Part shown: positions 1 to 13,094 of the stretch, piece by piece
Position numbering within the stretch: the first letter of the stretch is position 1
Layout of the letters: the number at the start of each line of letters is the position of its first letter
NCBI GenBank assembly: GCA_001179505.1
Contig: CDMY01000226.1
Location: 62,001-126,000, forward strand
Direction of reading: 5' to 3'
Origin: Vitrella brassicaformis CCMP3155
Lineage: Eukaryota > Protista > Chromerida
DNA: 64,000 nucleotides
Translations under genes and position numbers: made by a program
Notes under the pieces: model-generated
Seen by the model: only the letters and a program-made list of their open reading frames with translations
Database searches by the model: none
Told to the model about the DNA's origin: nothing

Positions 1-1538
1 AGTAGGCCCCCATGCACAGCACAGCCACACCCAACATCGCCTGGGGGGAGCGCCAACACACACACCACACCAACAGCCAAGAAGATACACTCACACGGGC
101 GGGCATCTGGTTGTCTGTCGGTGTGTGTCGGTGAGTGACATGCATGACTCACAATGTCCCAGTGGAAGACGAATAGCAGGCCGATGAGGGCGAACCACGA
201 GGCCTTGAAGGACACCAGCACCATCAGCCCCAGACACACGTAGCTCGTCGATCGCCTGCAACAGCAACACACACACACTCACCATTGCAATGTATTGCGT
301 GCAGCTAACTTCACCTTCCCTCCCTTCCCCCCGTCATGCATTGCACCTGAGCCATGCGACGCACCGGACGTCGTTGCCGGCCTTGACCAAGGACTGATAG
401 AAGCCCAGCAGGTAGGGAATCAGACAAAACACCTCCGGATACCAACTGACAGACAGACACACCACAACACAACACACCGCACCGCCACACAGAGAGAGAC
501 CAACCAATGACAGACAATGAAGGACACGCGCCGTCCTTTGTGTCATCCAATCCACCTCTCTCTGTGAGTTGTCTGTGTGTGTCTGTGTGCCTGGTGTCGT
601 TGAATGCGCCGAGGACGGACAGGCTGATGCCGATGAAGAGGTCGTTAAAGCGGTGGTTGATGAACTCGGGATCCACCTCGTCGAACAGACACAGAAACAC
701 CGCCCGACAGGACACCAGCCACGAATACTAACAGACAGAAAGACAGACAGACAGACAAGACTCATCCACACACACACAGCAGTGTAGTGAGTGTCCCTCC
801 CTCCCTCCCACGCACCCACGCACCTTGAAGGTGGCAGCCCCCCATAGCAGGAGGCACATGGCGATCTTCCACATCCACCTCCAGTGGCTGCCCGCCCACC
901 ACGTCCAGAAGCACCCCATCAGAGCCATCCGGAACTCCAAATTCTGCACCGTCCACTGCTTGCAGAGGTGCATGTCGAAGACCTTGAGCACGGCCCAGTG
1001 CAGCGGGTTGTGGACGGTGTCAATCTGCCCGTTGTACCTCGTGACGGCGTCGATGAACTGCACGCGTGTGGGGGTCATGAGCTCGGGCGACGAGAGGTAG
1101 CTGGCGATGACGCTCTCCGAGTCGGTCGTCTCGTTGCGCCCGTACTCGTCGCAGAACACTATGGCATTCTGCACCAGCACCGTCTCGACCTGCACAGACA
1201 GATCACACCAGACATACACACATAGATAGATCTCCTGTTAACTGAGTGTGTGCAGTGCATGTGATGTGCCTGCTTGTCAGCTGATGTGTCGATCGAATGA
1301 TCAGACAGACCTCCTGAGGCGTGACGTCGAGTATGTCGAGCTGCTGCTCCTTGTCGAAGCGCATCCACAGCTGCAGCACCTCCTCCCGCCCGTCGGCGAC
1401 AGTGAAGCCGCCCTTCCAGCCCATCTGGTAGTAGGCGGGACTGTCATCGTACCCATCGGCGCCGCTTGAGCCCTTGCGGCCGGGCGCTTCGTCGGCGTGG
1501 CCCCTCCGGCGCTTCTGCTTCCGTCGAAACTGCGGCAT
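1..1538 (-). CDS. Multi-exon hypothetical membrane protein, running off the left edge of the window
   Basis: ATG at 1538 (MPQFRRKQK). Exons at about 1538-1310, 1190-825, 728-591, 445-345, 255-195 and 40-1 splice into one frame. The C-terminal part has several hydrophobic segments (WMWKIAMCLLLWGAATFK, VFCLIPYLLGFY, YVCLGLMVLVSF, AMLGVAVLCMGAY). Family not recognised. Confidence 0.7.
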
Positions 1539-1863
1539 TCAATCTGATCTGATCTATCAAGATTCTCGAGCTGCAGTTGCTGGTAGTGTTTGCCTCCTGC
1601 TGCCCTGTTCTCTCGCCTGTTTGTGGTTTGTTGCGAGCTCGCATGGATCGGGTCAACACCTGGTCCCTTCCAGAGGTCACATATCTGATCCATTCATGTC
1701 GAGAGAGGCAATCGGGGTATCCTGGTGAGGTGATGCAGGAACGTGTCGAGAGCGGCTGAAGTGCGTTGTGGTGAGCCTAGATGGGCCAATTGATGGCGCT
1801 GCAGGATGGAGCGTAGCTGCTGCCTAACCGGAGGGGCTGAACAGACGGCCACCGGCAGCGCTC

Positions 1864-4800
1864 ATGGATAGCACAGGTGCGCACAGAGAGAGCAGCCGCT
1901 GCCTCCTGTCCATGCATGCCGTCTGATCTGCTGCCGATTCGATTCTTCCGTTTGATTCCCAGACAAACCTCCCTCCATCTCCCGTGTGGTGTGCCTGTCC
2001 GTAGTCATGTTTGCGGACGCCCATCGGCCATACGCCGTCGCCCGCGGCCAAGCCGGCGGGACCTTCGCCGACGCCCAGACATGCCTCTCTGCTCCCTTTG
2101 CCAACCGGCTGGGCGTGCGGTTCTACCCCCACGTCAGCGGCACCTTGGGCGACGGGAGGCGGGACAACCGGCCGGCGTACCTGCGGCAGAGTGCGGAGTT
2201 CTTTTTGCGGCAGGTGGAGGACAGTGTCGATAAGGCGATGGGGCCGGTGGCGAGGGACGTGTCCGGACTGATCGCGGGGATCGGCCAGGAGTGCGGTGTT
2301 GGGGGGCTGCCGGTGGTGCCTTTGCTGTGCGGCCCGAGCGAGATCGACCAGGCCAACCTTATGCGCCTCCTCGCCAGCGAGCTGGCCGCCAGGCTCCCCG
2401 ACTGCCACATCGTCGACATATCCGACACGGATGGCGGCCTCTCGGCCCTGCTCAAGCGGCTGCCCTGCGGCACGGACACCCACACCCATTCCACAGATGC
2501 ACACGACGCACACCAAGATGACCAGCACACCCCTGCTGCCCCTGCTGCCCCCCAGCGCGAGCGCCGCAAGTCGACCGCACGGGCGAGTTTCGTGTCCAAG
2601 GGTGCGGAGCTGGCGAGGGAGGAGCAAGCCGAGCGGCGACGCAAGAAGCGCACCCAGGTGGACAGTGAGGATGAGGAGGGGGAGGGGGAGGCCATCGCGG
2701 ACCTCATCGACGACAATGGCGAGTCGCGGCTGGCCAACTGGTACCGCGAGGAGGCCGACAAGAAGGGCCGGCGGTTCTCCATTGTCGTGGTGGCGCGCGA
2801 CGTGGCGGCCATATCGATGTCGCTGCTCAAGTCCATCGGCTCCGTGCGGCAGGAGCATGGCATCTCCCTGTTCGTCGTCTTTGGTGTTGGGGCGGGGTGT
2901 CTGGAATTGCACATCCCACCCATGTGCTGCGAGATGGAGGCCGCCGGCCTCCCCATCTGTGTCCACCCCTACCAGCTGCTCGACGTGGCCGAGCTCATCA
3001 GAACCAGCGTCCTCCCCGCCCTCGTGCTGGGCCCCTCCCTTCTCCCCTTCCCCCTCTCACCGCACCACGTGACCGAGATCCGACAGGACATCGAGATGGG
3101 CAGCATCACCCTGTGGCAGTTTTGTCGGCGGGTCTGCCACCTAATTGTGGAGTTCTATCAGTCCCCATCCTCGGCGGTCGTGCGGCCCGAGGGGGGCGAC
3201 GACACGACGGCCGATGACACAGCTGGCGAAGGGGAGGGGTGGGACACCTGGGGAGCCGGCCCGGAGGAGATGGCCAAGAAGAAAATAGCGGCATTCCCTG
3301 CACCCCCCCAGTCAGCGGCAGCAGCAGCAGCTGCTGCGGCGCCCGCCAGTGCGGCCTTGAGCACCGGTCCGTCGTTCCCGGGCGATGCGGGTAAGGCCTT
3401 CGATGCGACGCGGTCTGTGGTGGCCTTCTACGAGGGTGCGGCCAAGCGGCTGGCGAAGCAGCAGGTGGCGCATCTGCAGGGGCTGGCGGCTGCCGCCTTG
3501 AGTAGGATGAATCGGAATCACGTCAAGGGGCTGCCTGAGGGAAGGGAGGCCGCCCGGGGGTACTACACCAGGCTGCTCAAGGCCATCAAGGACAATGCCA
3601 TCAAGGACAATGCAGGTGTGTGGATCTTCTGCGGCAGACAGACAGACAGACAATGCATCTCATCGGCTGTGCGTGTGGTTTTCTGTACTCTCCGTTGCTG
3701 TCAGATGACGGTTCCGTAGCGAGACTGATGGCGTGGCTGAGGAGTGCCCGAGAACGTCACGTGCTCGGCCTCAAGCTGTACCACCTGGCGGCGGTCGCCT
3801 TCAGCAACCAGGGCGTCAGCACGTCAGACGGCGCCTCACACCTCGACCTCGACAGACAGGAGGTCACCGGCATAATGGCCGCCACCGCCCCACGACAGCC
3901 TGACGAGCCCCAGCAACCGACAGGTGCGCTGCACACACTCACGGATCCAGACAGACAGACAGGCAGACAGACGTGGCGGTGTTTGTATCTGTCTGTGTCT
4001 GTGTCTGCAGGCATGAGCCCCATCCTCCCCCACGCCCCCATCCGCAGCCCCATCGCGGACCTCTCGCATCATGTGGACACCAACATGACCCGCAGCTTCA
4101 TCACCGCCGGCACGCAGAAGGGCAGCAGAGTGCCAAGTTTCCTTGACCAGGCCCGCCGGCTGCTGCGCCGAGAGATGCCCGCCCTCACGCAGAGGCAGAG
4201 GGACGCCCGAGGGATGCAACAGCAAGGAGGAGTGGGAGGGGTGGCGGACAAGGACGAGGCCGTCGTGGTCGAGTCGATTCAGTGGCTGATCGAGCTGCTC
4301 GAAGCCCTGCGTGGCGCCTACGCATTAGGCAAGGGCGGGGCTTCGAGCAGTGGGGCCAGGCAGGGCGACAGCAAGGCGTCGCTGCCCGCCGGCCTGCGGC
4401 AGCACCAGCAGGCGGTGCGGGCGTACGTCGACAGCAAGAAGCTCAGCAACTTCGAGCAGCGGATCAAGGCCGCCCAGGCCAAGGTGGCCGCCAATCGGCC
4501 GTCGGGGCCAGACCGTGATGCCCAGCTGCGCGAGTACGTGGCCTTCTGGCTGCACGAGACGCTCCTGGCCCTGCTCTCGCCCTTGGTGTGGGCGCGCCCC
4601 CTGTGCGACCGATTTCCTCTCCACTCGGGCGCCAGCCATGGTCTCGACGCGCACCAGCCCGCCGTCAGCACCCAGATAGCCATGGCGCAGGTGGCCAAGG
4701 GGCGGCAAATGCGGCTGCCCGACCTGACCGTCATGTACCGCCTGTACGAGAAGAACCCGGGTCTCAACATGCAGCTGCAGGACTGGTTCGTCGCCTTTGC

Positions 4801-5095
4801 TGAGACCATCGTGCAGCACGAGACTCCGCTGAGCCTGAGCCTGGTCTCCCTGCAGGCGCGGTTCGCCGTGTGTGTGGTGTCGCTCTCCCGCATGGGCGTT
4901 GTGAGCATGCCGGCCCACCACCTGGCGAGGGCCGCTGGGTGTCGTGGTTTGGACGACGAGGAGGACGGTGAGGAGGATAAGGGTGGTGTGGCGACCAAGC
5001 TGCCCAAGATGCTATTCGGCAAGGTGTGGTACACTGATGAGATGGAGAAGCAGGACAAGAACGACAAGATGCAACAGAAGCGACGCGCCTCCATG
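1864..5095 (+). CDS. ORC3: Origin recognition complex subunit 3-like module (N-terminal part of a probable ORC3-ORC2 fusion)
   Basis: ATG 1864, intron 1877-1962, then ORFs 1986-3719 and 3620-5431 linked by short introns. LPVVPLLCGPSEIDQANLMRLLASEL and RLANWYREE...IVVVARDVAAISMSLL...LFVVFGVG match the ORC3 AAA-like region. LPDLTVMYRLYEKNPGLNMQLQDWFVAF...LQARFAVCVVSLSRMGVV matches the ORC3 winged helix. Matches are to recalled sequences, not a search. Confidence 0.85.
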
Positions 5096-5217
5096 GTGGG
5101 CGAGCCGAGCCAGTCCCAGCAGACAGACAGACAGACAGGCGGATGCCGGCCATTCATTACCCATCGTCAACCTCCCTCTCCCTCTCTCTGTGCGTGTGTG
5201 TGTGTGTCTGTTGCCAG

Positions 5218-8111
5218 CCGGCTTACCTCCCTGCGGCCGCTGCAGCGGGCCTCTTCGGTGGCGGCCCGCCACGGAGACGCAACCGGGCAAGTCAGATCAG
5301 GGCCAACCAGACCAGCAATGACAACAAAGACGACAACGGCGAGCCCAGGACTCCCGATCGCCCAGCGCCGCCGGACCGGGCTTCCCAGGACGGCCCCCAC
5401 AGCCCCAGCCCCCACAGAAACCGAAACCTGAGCATTGCCAGGCACCAGAATTCGCAGCTCAAGAGCCGGATGTCTTTCAGACTCGAGAGGCTCGAGTCCA
5501 ACCACCGATTCCGCTTTGACGATGATCGCATGGAGACGCCGCCCCATTCCCCGCCGCGGCCCAAGGGCCAAGCCAAGCCGAAAGGTCGGCCGAAAGCGAA
5601 AGCCAAGCCAAAGGGTCGGCCGAAAGCGAAAGGGAAGGCGAGAGGCAGGAGTGGGGCCAAGGAGGTGGCGGCACGGAGAGGGGGGAGTGGGCGGGGGGCT
5701 GGTGCATCGGGTGGTGGGCCTGGCGAGGATCGCCGCCGGGAGGAGCAAGATGAGCCCGCGGACGTTGACGTCTGCCCGAGCCCGCAACCCTCCCGCAAGG
5801 GCCCCAAGAGCCCTCCGCGTGACGATGCCGGACAGCAGCAGAAGGCCAAGGACCACTCGGCCAGATCCAGCGATGAGCCCTTGGGGGGCAACCGCGGCCG
5901 ACTCAAGCGACGCAAGACACAGAAACTTGTTGGCCCGTCTGTTCCCCTGGCGTCCCAGCCGGCGCCCGTCGCCATGCCGCCTGTGGGCCCACAGCCAGGC
6001 GAGGACGACGGTGACATGTTCGCCATCGAAGAGGAGGAGGAGCAGCGCCGCCCTCCAGCCGCTGCCCGCCGCAGCAGCAAGCCACCGTCGGGACACCGAT
6101 CCGACGACATGGTGCCCGCTCCGGCTCTCAATCGCGAGCGTCGCCGTAGCATCGCCCCTGGCCGCCAGGTACAGTCTCGTGCTGAAGACTTCGGCCCTCT
6201 GGACGGCCTTGACCTCTTTCAGATGGGAGAGGACGACGAGGCACCACCAAAGCCACCCAGGGCGTCCCCTGCAGCTGCTGCAGCTGCGGCACCAGCATAC
6301 CGTCGACAGAATGACCGGACAGCAGCAGCAGCAGCAGCAGGTGGTGGGATGGGGGAGGCCGCTGGTGCGTCTAGGATCGGTGCGTGGCCTGTCGACGGAG
6401 GTGGCGGTGGTTGTGGCGGTGGTGGTGAGGAGGAGGCTGTGTTTGAGGCTGTGTCGCTGGATTGTGTGGGTGCCAACATCTACAGCAAGGACAGGCTTAG
6501 CTGCAAGCAGTCGAGGGCGCTGGCGTCGGGCAACGTGGGGGCGCTGGACCGCATTGCTGCGGGGACGGGAAGGGGAGGTGCGGCAGATAGCGGGAGGGGG
6601 TTGGCGGACATGGTCATAGCTATGCAGGAGGGCGAAGGGGCAGCCGGTGGGAATGTCGGCAAGGGCGGCCGCGGGTATGGGCCGGGCATCAAGAACAGGG
6701 TGAGTCAGACAGTGGGTGCGGGGCGGGGTGGATAATGGACGGCTGGTCTGTCTGTCTGTCTGTCTGTTGTGTGTGTGTGTGTGTATGTGTTTCTGGATGC
6801 AGTGGGACCACTGGCGACATCTGCTGCTGTCGGGCTTCTCGCTGTGCTTCTACGGCTTCGGCTCCAAGAAGAAGCTACTCAGAGAGTTCGTCCAACAGGG
6901 TCTCGCGTGAGCGTCCATCCTTTACCATTTGCACATCTACCGACACACCTAACCTACACACACATGAGTCCCATCCCTGTCTGTCTGTCTTCATTCACTG
7001 TCACTCCATCCATCCATCCATCAGGCCGCGTGAGGGCAACTGCTTCGTCGAGGTCTGCGGCTACGACAGCCGTCTGCTGGTCTCCCCGGCCGCCACCTCC
7101 CCCGAGCCCCTGCGAGCACCGCTCGAGAGGATGCTGCGCGACTCGGCGCAGCGGACCTTCATCATCCCCCAGCCAGAGGAGGAGACGTCAGAGGGGCGGA
7201 GGGACGAGGTGAGGGAGGCCCATCGGGTGCTGCAGAGGCACCACACCAATCTGACACACTCTCACCACACATCCAATAATGCTGACGACATGGCGACGGT
7301 AGTAGAGGTACGTAGGTGGGTCAGGTCAGGAGGGGAGAGAGAGGAGGTCAAAGTGGCGAGCAGTGAGTGCTTTCTTTGGTGGGCTGTGTTTGATGGTGAC
7401 ACATGTGGCTGTGTGTGGTGGGGTGCGTGTGGCGATTGATTGGTATATTCAGGAGTTCCTGTGCTGTGTGCGGGGGTCTCGGCAGCCGACGGTGCTGCTG
7501 GTGCACGGCCTCGACAGCACGCCACTGACCGACCCACAGACGCGCCAATACCTCACCCAACTCGCCAAAGAGCCAAAAGTAGGTACCAACCGACGCCCGC
7601 GTCTCGACACTGACCGACCCTCACCCTGCTGCAACACATACATACATGTGTCTGTCTGCCTGTCTGTGTGTCTTGTCTGTGCAGCTGTTGTTTGTAGCAT
7701 CTGTCGACAGGGTGGACTTCCCCTTTCTGTTCGCGCCGTCTGACCTGCAGGCCTACAACTTCTACTACACACAAGCACACACCGGCCTACAATACCTGTG
7801 AGTGAGCAACATGACCAACACAACGAACGCATCCCATCCCATCCCATCCAATGAATGCAATGCAACCTATACCTCCTCGAGTGGTTGGTTCTATTTATTG
7901 ATTGATCAGGTGTGAGGTGGCGGGGTCTCTGGGCGATACCGAGCCCAGCTGGTGGAGGAAGATGCGGCCGGTGCAAAGGAAGAAGGCCAGGGCGGTCCGC
8001 CTCTCTGCCCCAGCCAAGGGCCAGGGTGGTGGGCGCCGGAGGGCTTCTCGCAACAGTGACAATGACCATGGCAACGACGGGCAGGGTGTAGATATGGACA
8101 TAGACGACTGA
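5218..8111 (+). CDS. ORC2: Origin recognition complex subunit 2-like module preceded by a long low-complexity linker
   Basis: Disordered exon 5218-6699. Exons from 6803, about 7025, 7452, 7684 and 7910 give WDHWRHLLLSGFSLCFYGFGSKKKLLREF, FVEVCGYDS, VLLVHGLDSTPLTDPQTRQYLTQLA and LLFVASVDRVDFPFLF..YNFYYTQAHT. These follow ORC2 motif order (human GFNIVLYGLGSKRDLL, LLIHNLDS, LIASIDHLNAPLMW). Stop at 8111. Confidence 0.85.
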
Positions 8112-8599
8112 CTGACTGACTGACTGACCTGCCTGCTTACGCGCTCATTCCTTCACCATTCATGTCATGTGCTGTGCTGGGGTGTGGTGCTGTGGTGCGG
8201 TGTGCATTCACTGCGTGTGCACACTGTGTGTGAAGATCGATCGACATGTCGGATGAGTAGACTTTGTTTGGGGTGTGGTGTGTTGTGTTGTTCGTATGTG
8301 ACTGACTTGGATGGGATGGGGTGTACGGAGGAAGGTCTGTTGGATAGACACATACTCATTGGAATGACCTGACTGACCACATACATTTGGTTGACAAACG
8401 AAAGGGACGGACGGCAATCTGACTGATTCCACACGCACGCACGCCTAACCCAAAAACCAACTCATTCATGTCTGTCTGTCTGTCTGTCTCTGTCTGTCTC
8501 TGTCTGTCTGCACTCATCTCTCTCTCGCCACACCAGACGACCAGATCCCATCACACCACAGTCAGTCCACCACAGCACGAACGAAACAGCACATGAGCA

Positions 8600-9815
8600 C
8601 TAGCGCTTCCGTCTGCTGTCGTCCGCCTCTCGAGCGTCGCCACTGTTTTCGTCCATCTGCATGGCCGCCATATCAACCTACACACACACACACACACACA
8701 CACAGAGTCAGACACACACTTTGAAAGCACAGCTCAGATGACAGACACTCAGCCTGCCTGCCTCGGTGCCCACAAACATACATGCTGTTTGAACACTGGC
8801 CAGTCGACCTCCCCCGAGCGATCCTTCCGCAGCCCCAGCCTTTCCAGCAGCCCCGGCCCCCTCCCGCCACCATCCCTCGCGCCACCCAGCCACGGAGGGC
8901 TCAGGTTCAGACCCGTCAGCAGCTGACCCGATGGCCGCTGGGAGCCGTCCCAGCTCCTCAGCTCATTGCCCATCGACGGCTGGTTAAGCTGGTGTGTCTG
9001 AAGCTGCCTTCTCCGCTCTGCGTGTCGTGTTGCCCACGACTGCAGCTGCCGCGAGACGTCCTCTTTGCGCAGGTAGAGCTTGTCGCCGGCGAGGCTGAAG
9101 AAGAGCGCCTCGAGGGCCTCGTCCCTGATGGGCTCCTTCCACGCCGCATCGTTGACGCGCTGGCGCAACTCAGGACTGTCCTGAACACACACACAAAGCA
9201 ACACACACACAAAGCACCCAACTCAACTTACTTTTACGTGACTCTCCACCCCATATATAGCTTCTCTGGCTGGCTGGCTGGCTGCACGCCCCACGCATTC
9301 ACCGGTTCCCTCGAGAAGCCCTTTTCGTAACTGTAGAGGAGGTAGAAGGGGAACTTGGCCTCCTCGGGCCACCTGAACGGCAGCTGCTGCACACACGCCT
9401 TAAACGACCTCTTGCTCAGTACGGGCTTTTCGTCAAACAGCGCCTCCCACCGTGGCGGTGTGCCGCCGCCCATGACGCTCCCCGCCCGCCGGGTCCGCAC
9501 TGCCGTGGACCAGTCCGCCGTCTGCTCGGCCAGCCGGCCATAAATCTTGATCAGATCTTGGACTTCGTAGCGGAACTTGGGGTCAGCCGAGTAGAAGGTG
9601 GGGTCAAAGGTGCTGCGGAAGGCGATGTTGGGCGGCCGGTGGCGGACGGCTGACGAGAGGACGGGCAGGAGGGCACAGAGGGAGAGGAAGGTTGGGAGCA
9701 GGGGAGGAGGAGGCGATGAATGAATGGCTGACGCACGGGACTCGCACTTGCTGGACTGCTCGGCAGTAGCTTCCTCTCTATCATGGCTCATCGGATCTCC
9801 TCTCGCCCTGGTCAT
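8600..9815 (-). CDS. Hypothetical protein with degenerate EF-hand-like motifs
   Basis: Exons at about 9815-9735, 9650-9303, 9180-8765 and 8676-8600 splice in frame and end DDSRRKR*. Contains DEALEALFFSLAGDKLYLRKEDV and KDRSGEVDWPVFKQHV. The start codon could be 9815 or 9791. Confidence 0.65.
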
Positions 9816-10033
9816 TTCCCGCGCAAGCTCACTTGCGAGCTGACGAGGCGAAGGAGAGAACGAAAGCGGCGAATTTCTCCTCGCTGTGATCTGTCGTGAG
9901 GCTCTGCGCTGAGTGCAGAGCGACCGCACCACTTTCGAAGCCCAGATTGACCCAGCAGAAGCACGCCCAGCTTCGACTGCCCGACGTCAGACGACTGACG
10001 GCGTGAGCCAGCATCCTGCAGCACGGACGCTAG

Positions 10034-10852
<819 letters not shown>

Positions 10853-11886
10853 GGGAGGGAGGGCAAGACGTGTAGGGAGGGAGGGAGGGAGATAGGAGAC
10901 GAGGGAGAGGGAGGGAGCGAGGGAGGGAGGAAGGGAGAGTGTATGTGTGTCGCCCTACCTATCCCATCCACCCCCATCCACCCGCGCCACCCCACCTGCC
11001 CACTTAGATGTTTGTCTGTCCGTCCATCAGTCAGTCCATCAGCGGTGCCGTGCCGTGCCGTGCCGTGCTCACTCACTGACCGCTCGCAGCGTGTGTGCGT
11101 GCGTGTGGTGCCGTGTCACGTCGCGTCAAGTCGTGGCTGGCTGCCAGCTGTGGATATGATACGACATATATAAGTATGTCTGGTTGGGTGGGGGGGGCCT
11201 TGTGGTGGGTGTGGCGACGGTTGCTAGCCGAATGAATGGTGGGTGGGATGAAGAGGGTGGGGTGGGGGGCATCTGGCTGGTGCGCTGCGCTGTGCTGTGT
11301 GTGACGCGATAGACGGACATCACGGCGGCTGCGTTTCTTGCACGGAAAGCCACGGGGATGGATGGGTATCGGTGTGGATGTGGATGTCCTCTAATGCTCT
11401 CTTCCTCTCTGTCTGTCTGTCCGTCTGTCTGTCTGCCTTTCCGTCCGTCTGCTCGGCTCTCTGTGTCTGTCTGTCTGTCTGTCTGTGGGTGTGTGTCAGT
11501 CTGGTGTGTTAATCTGGTTTTGACGCTGGTTGTACAGTCGTGAGTTATGATAATGGGAATGATTGTTGGTAAATCAATAGACGACCCGACTAGCAAACAA
11601 CACAATAATACAATCGCATGCCGGGTGTCTGGCTGCCTGCCTGCCCGCCTGCCTGATAGAGATCGACCAGTGGGGGGGTGGTAGGTAGGCAGTGAGTGAG
11701 TGAGTGTTTTTGTCCCCTTCCAATTTTGCCAAGGACAGCGCAGAGGCAGCATAGCGGCGCCACTGTAACGGTCGGGCAGGTGGTGGGCCGGCGCAGCTGG
11801 TGCCTTCTCTGCATGGAGGGGGCGGCACGCACCGAACCGAACCGAACCGCACTGCAACGTCGCCTCTGGCCTGGCGGATTGGCTGG

Positions 11887-11920
<34 letters not shown>

Positions 11921-13094
11921 GAGTGGCTGGCATGCGTCTTAGCTGTATCATTCTCCGACCCCCTCCCTTTTCTCTCTCTCTGTCGATTGAGTGTATGTGT
12001 GCCTCCCTCCTGTCTGCGTACCTCGTTTAAGATCCCTCCCGCGTCAGTCTGTCCGTCCGTCCGTCCCTTCGTGTGTGGTGGATGAGATGAGCTGCATGGA
12101 ATGGCTGGATGGATGGATGGATGCGCATATCTAACGAATGAATGAGTGAATGGTGTGCGTGAAGGTGAGTGGGGTGTGTCGTGTCGGCCGGTGGGGTGTG
12201 GGGTGGGGTGGGCGAGGACTCATGCATGGCGTGCGTGAAGGCCAGTGTGTTGTCTGCCGCGTAATTCATCTACCTACCTCTGTCGATCCTCGCTGGCCTT
12301 CCCCGACTGACTGACTGACCGACTGGCTGACTTTCTTCCTCTTCCCTCCTCTCTCTGGCTCTCTCTCTCTCGGGTAGCGTGGGGGTCGGCATGCTTGAGC
12401 GTCACACCATACAATCGATGGAGTGTAGATCGAATCCCTCGTCCATCCAGGTTCCCTCCCTCCCTCCTCCTCATTATTCCCTCCCTTATTTTGTCCTCTA
12501 AATGCGTTCATCCAGTGCGTGCGTATGTATGCCCTGCCGTGAGGCGCCAGGGCGGGCGGGGGGGCCGGCTGGGCAGGGGCGGCCCGGCTAGGCTACCCCC
12601 CTCCCCTCCCCACACAAGCTTACCTTACCTTGGCTTGTATGCTGTGGACGGATGGCTGTTACATGTATAATCTGATTTCACTCATCGTATCGTATGGCTG
12701 CCAGTATTAGTGTGATTGACACATGTCATGTGTGTGTCTCGTCCATCCACCACCCAGCCACCCAGCCACGGCCCTTTAAAGCACTCTGTCGGTATTTCCG
12801 GTCCACACAGCGAACGAACACACACTACAGGCAGGCAGGCAGACCCACGAGCATCGACACGCACACACACACATCCAGCCATCACCACACACACGACAAG
12901 TAAATAACACTGATCAATCCATCCATCCATTCATTCATTCGTCCATCGGTCAGTCAGTCGGGCGGGCGTCAAATAAACAAAAGCAAAAGGGAAGTGGGGT
13001 GGCGTACGCGCGTAAGTCACCGACTCACTCATTGCAGTATACAGAGCGGTTCCGCCCGTGCATGCAGGCGCGTCCGACTGCACCCCACCTCATC
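10853..13094. repeat. Microsatellite-rich interval between convergent genes
   Basis: (GGGA)n, (TCTG)n, (GATG)n, (GCCGT)n and (CA)n tracts; no coherent spliced ORF. Confidence 0.8.

Noticed and set aside
1824-2966. Long antisense and alternate-frame ORFs (e.g. 1824-2966 -, 5167-6096 -, 52781-54139 +, 60730-61752 +)
   Set aside because: Shadows of GC-rich coding exons or translations of microsatellites; no recognisable motifs.
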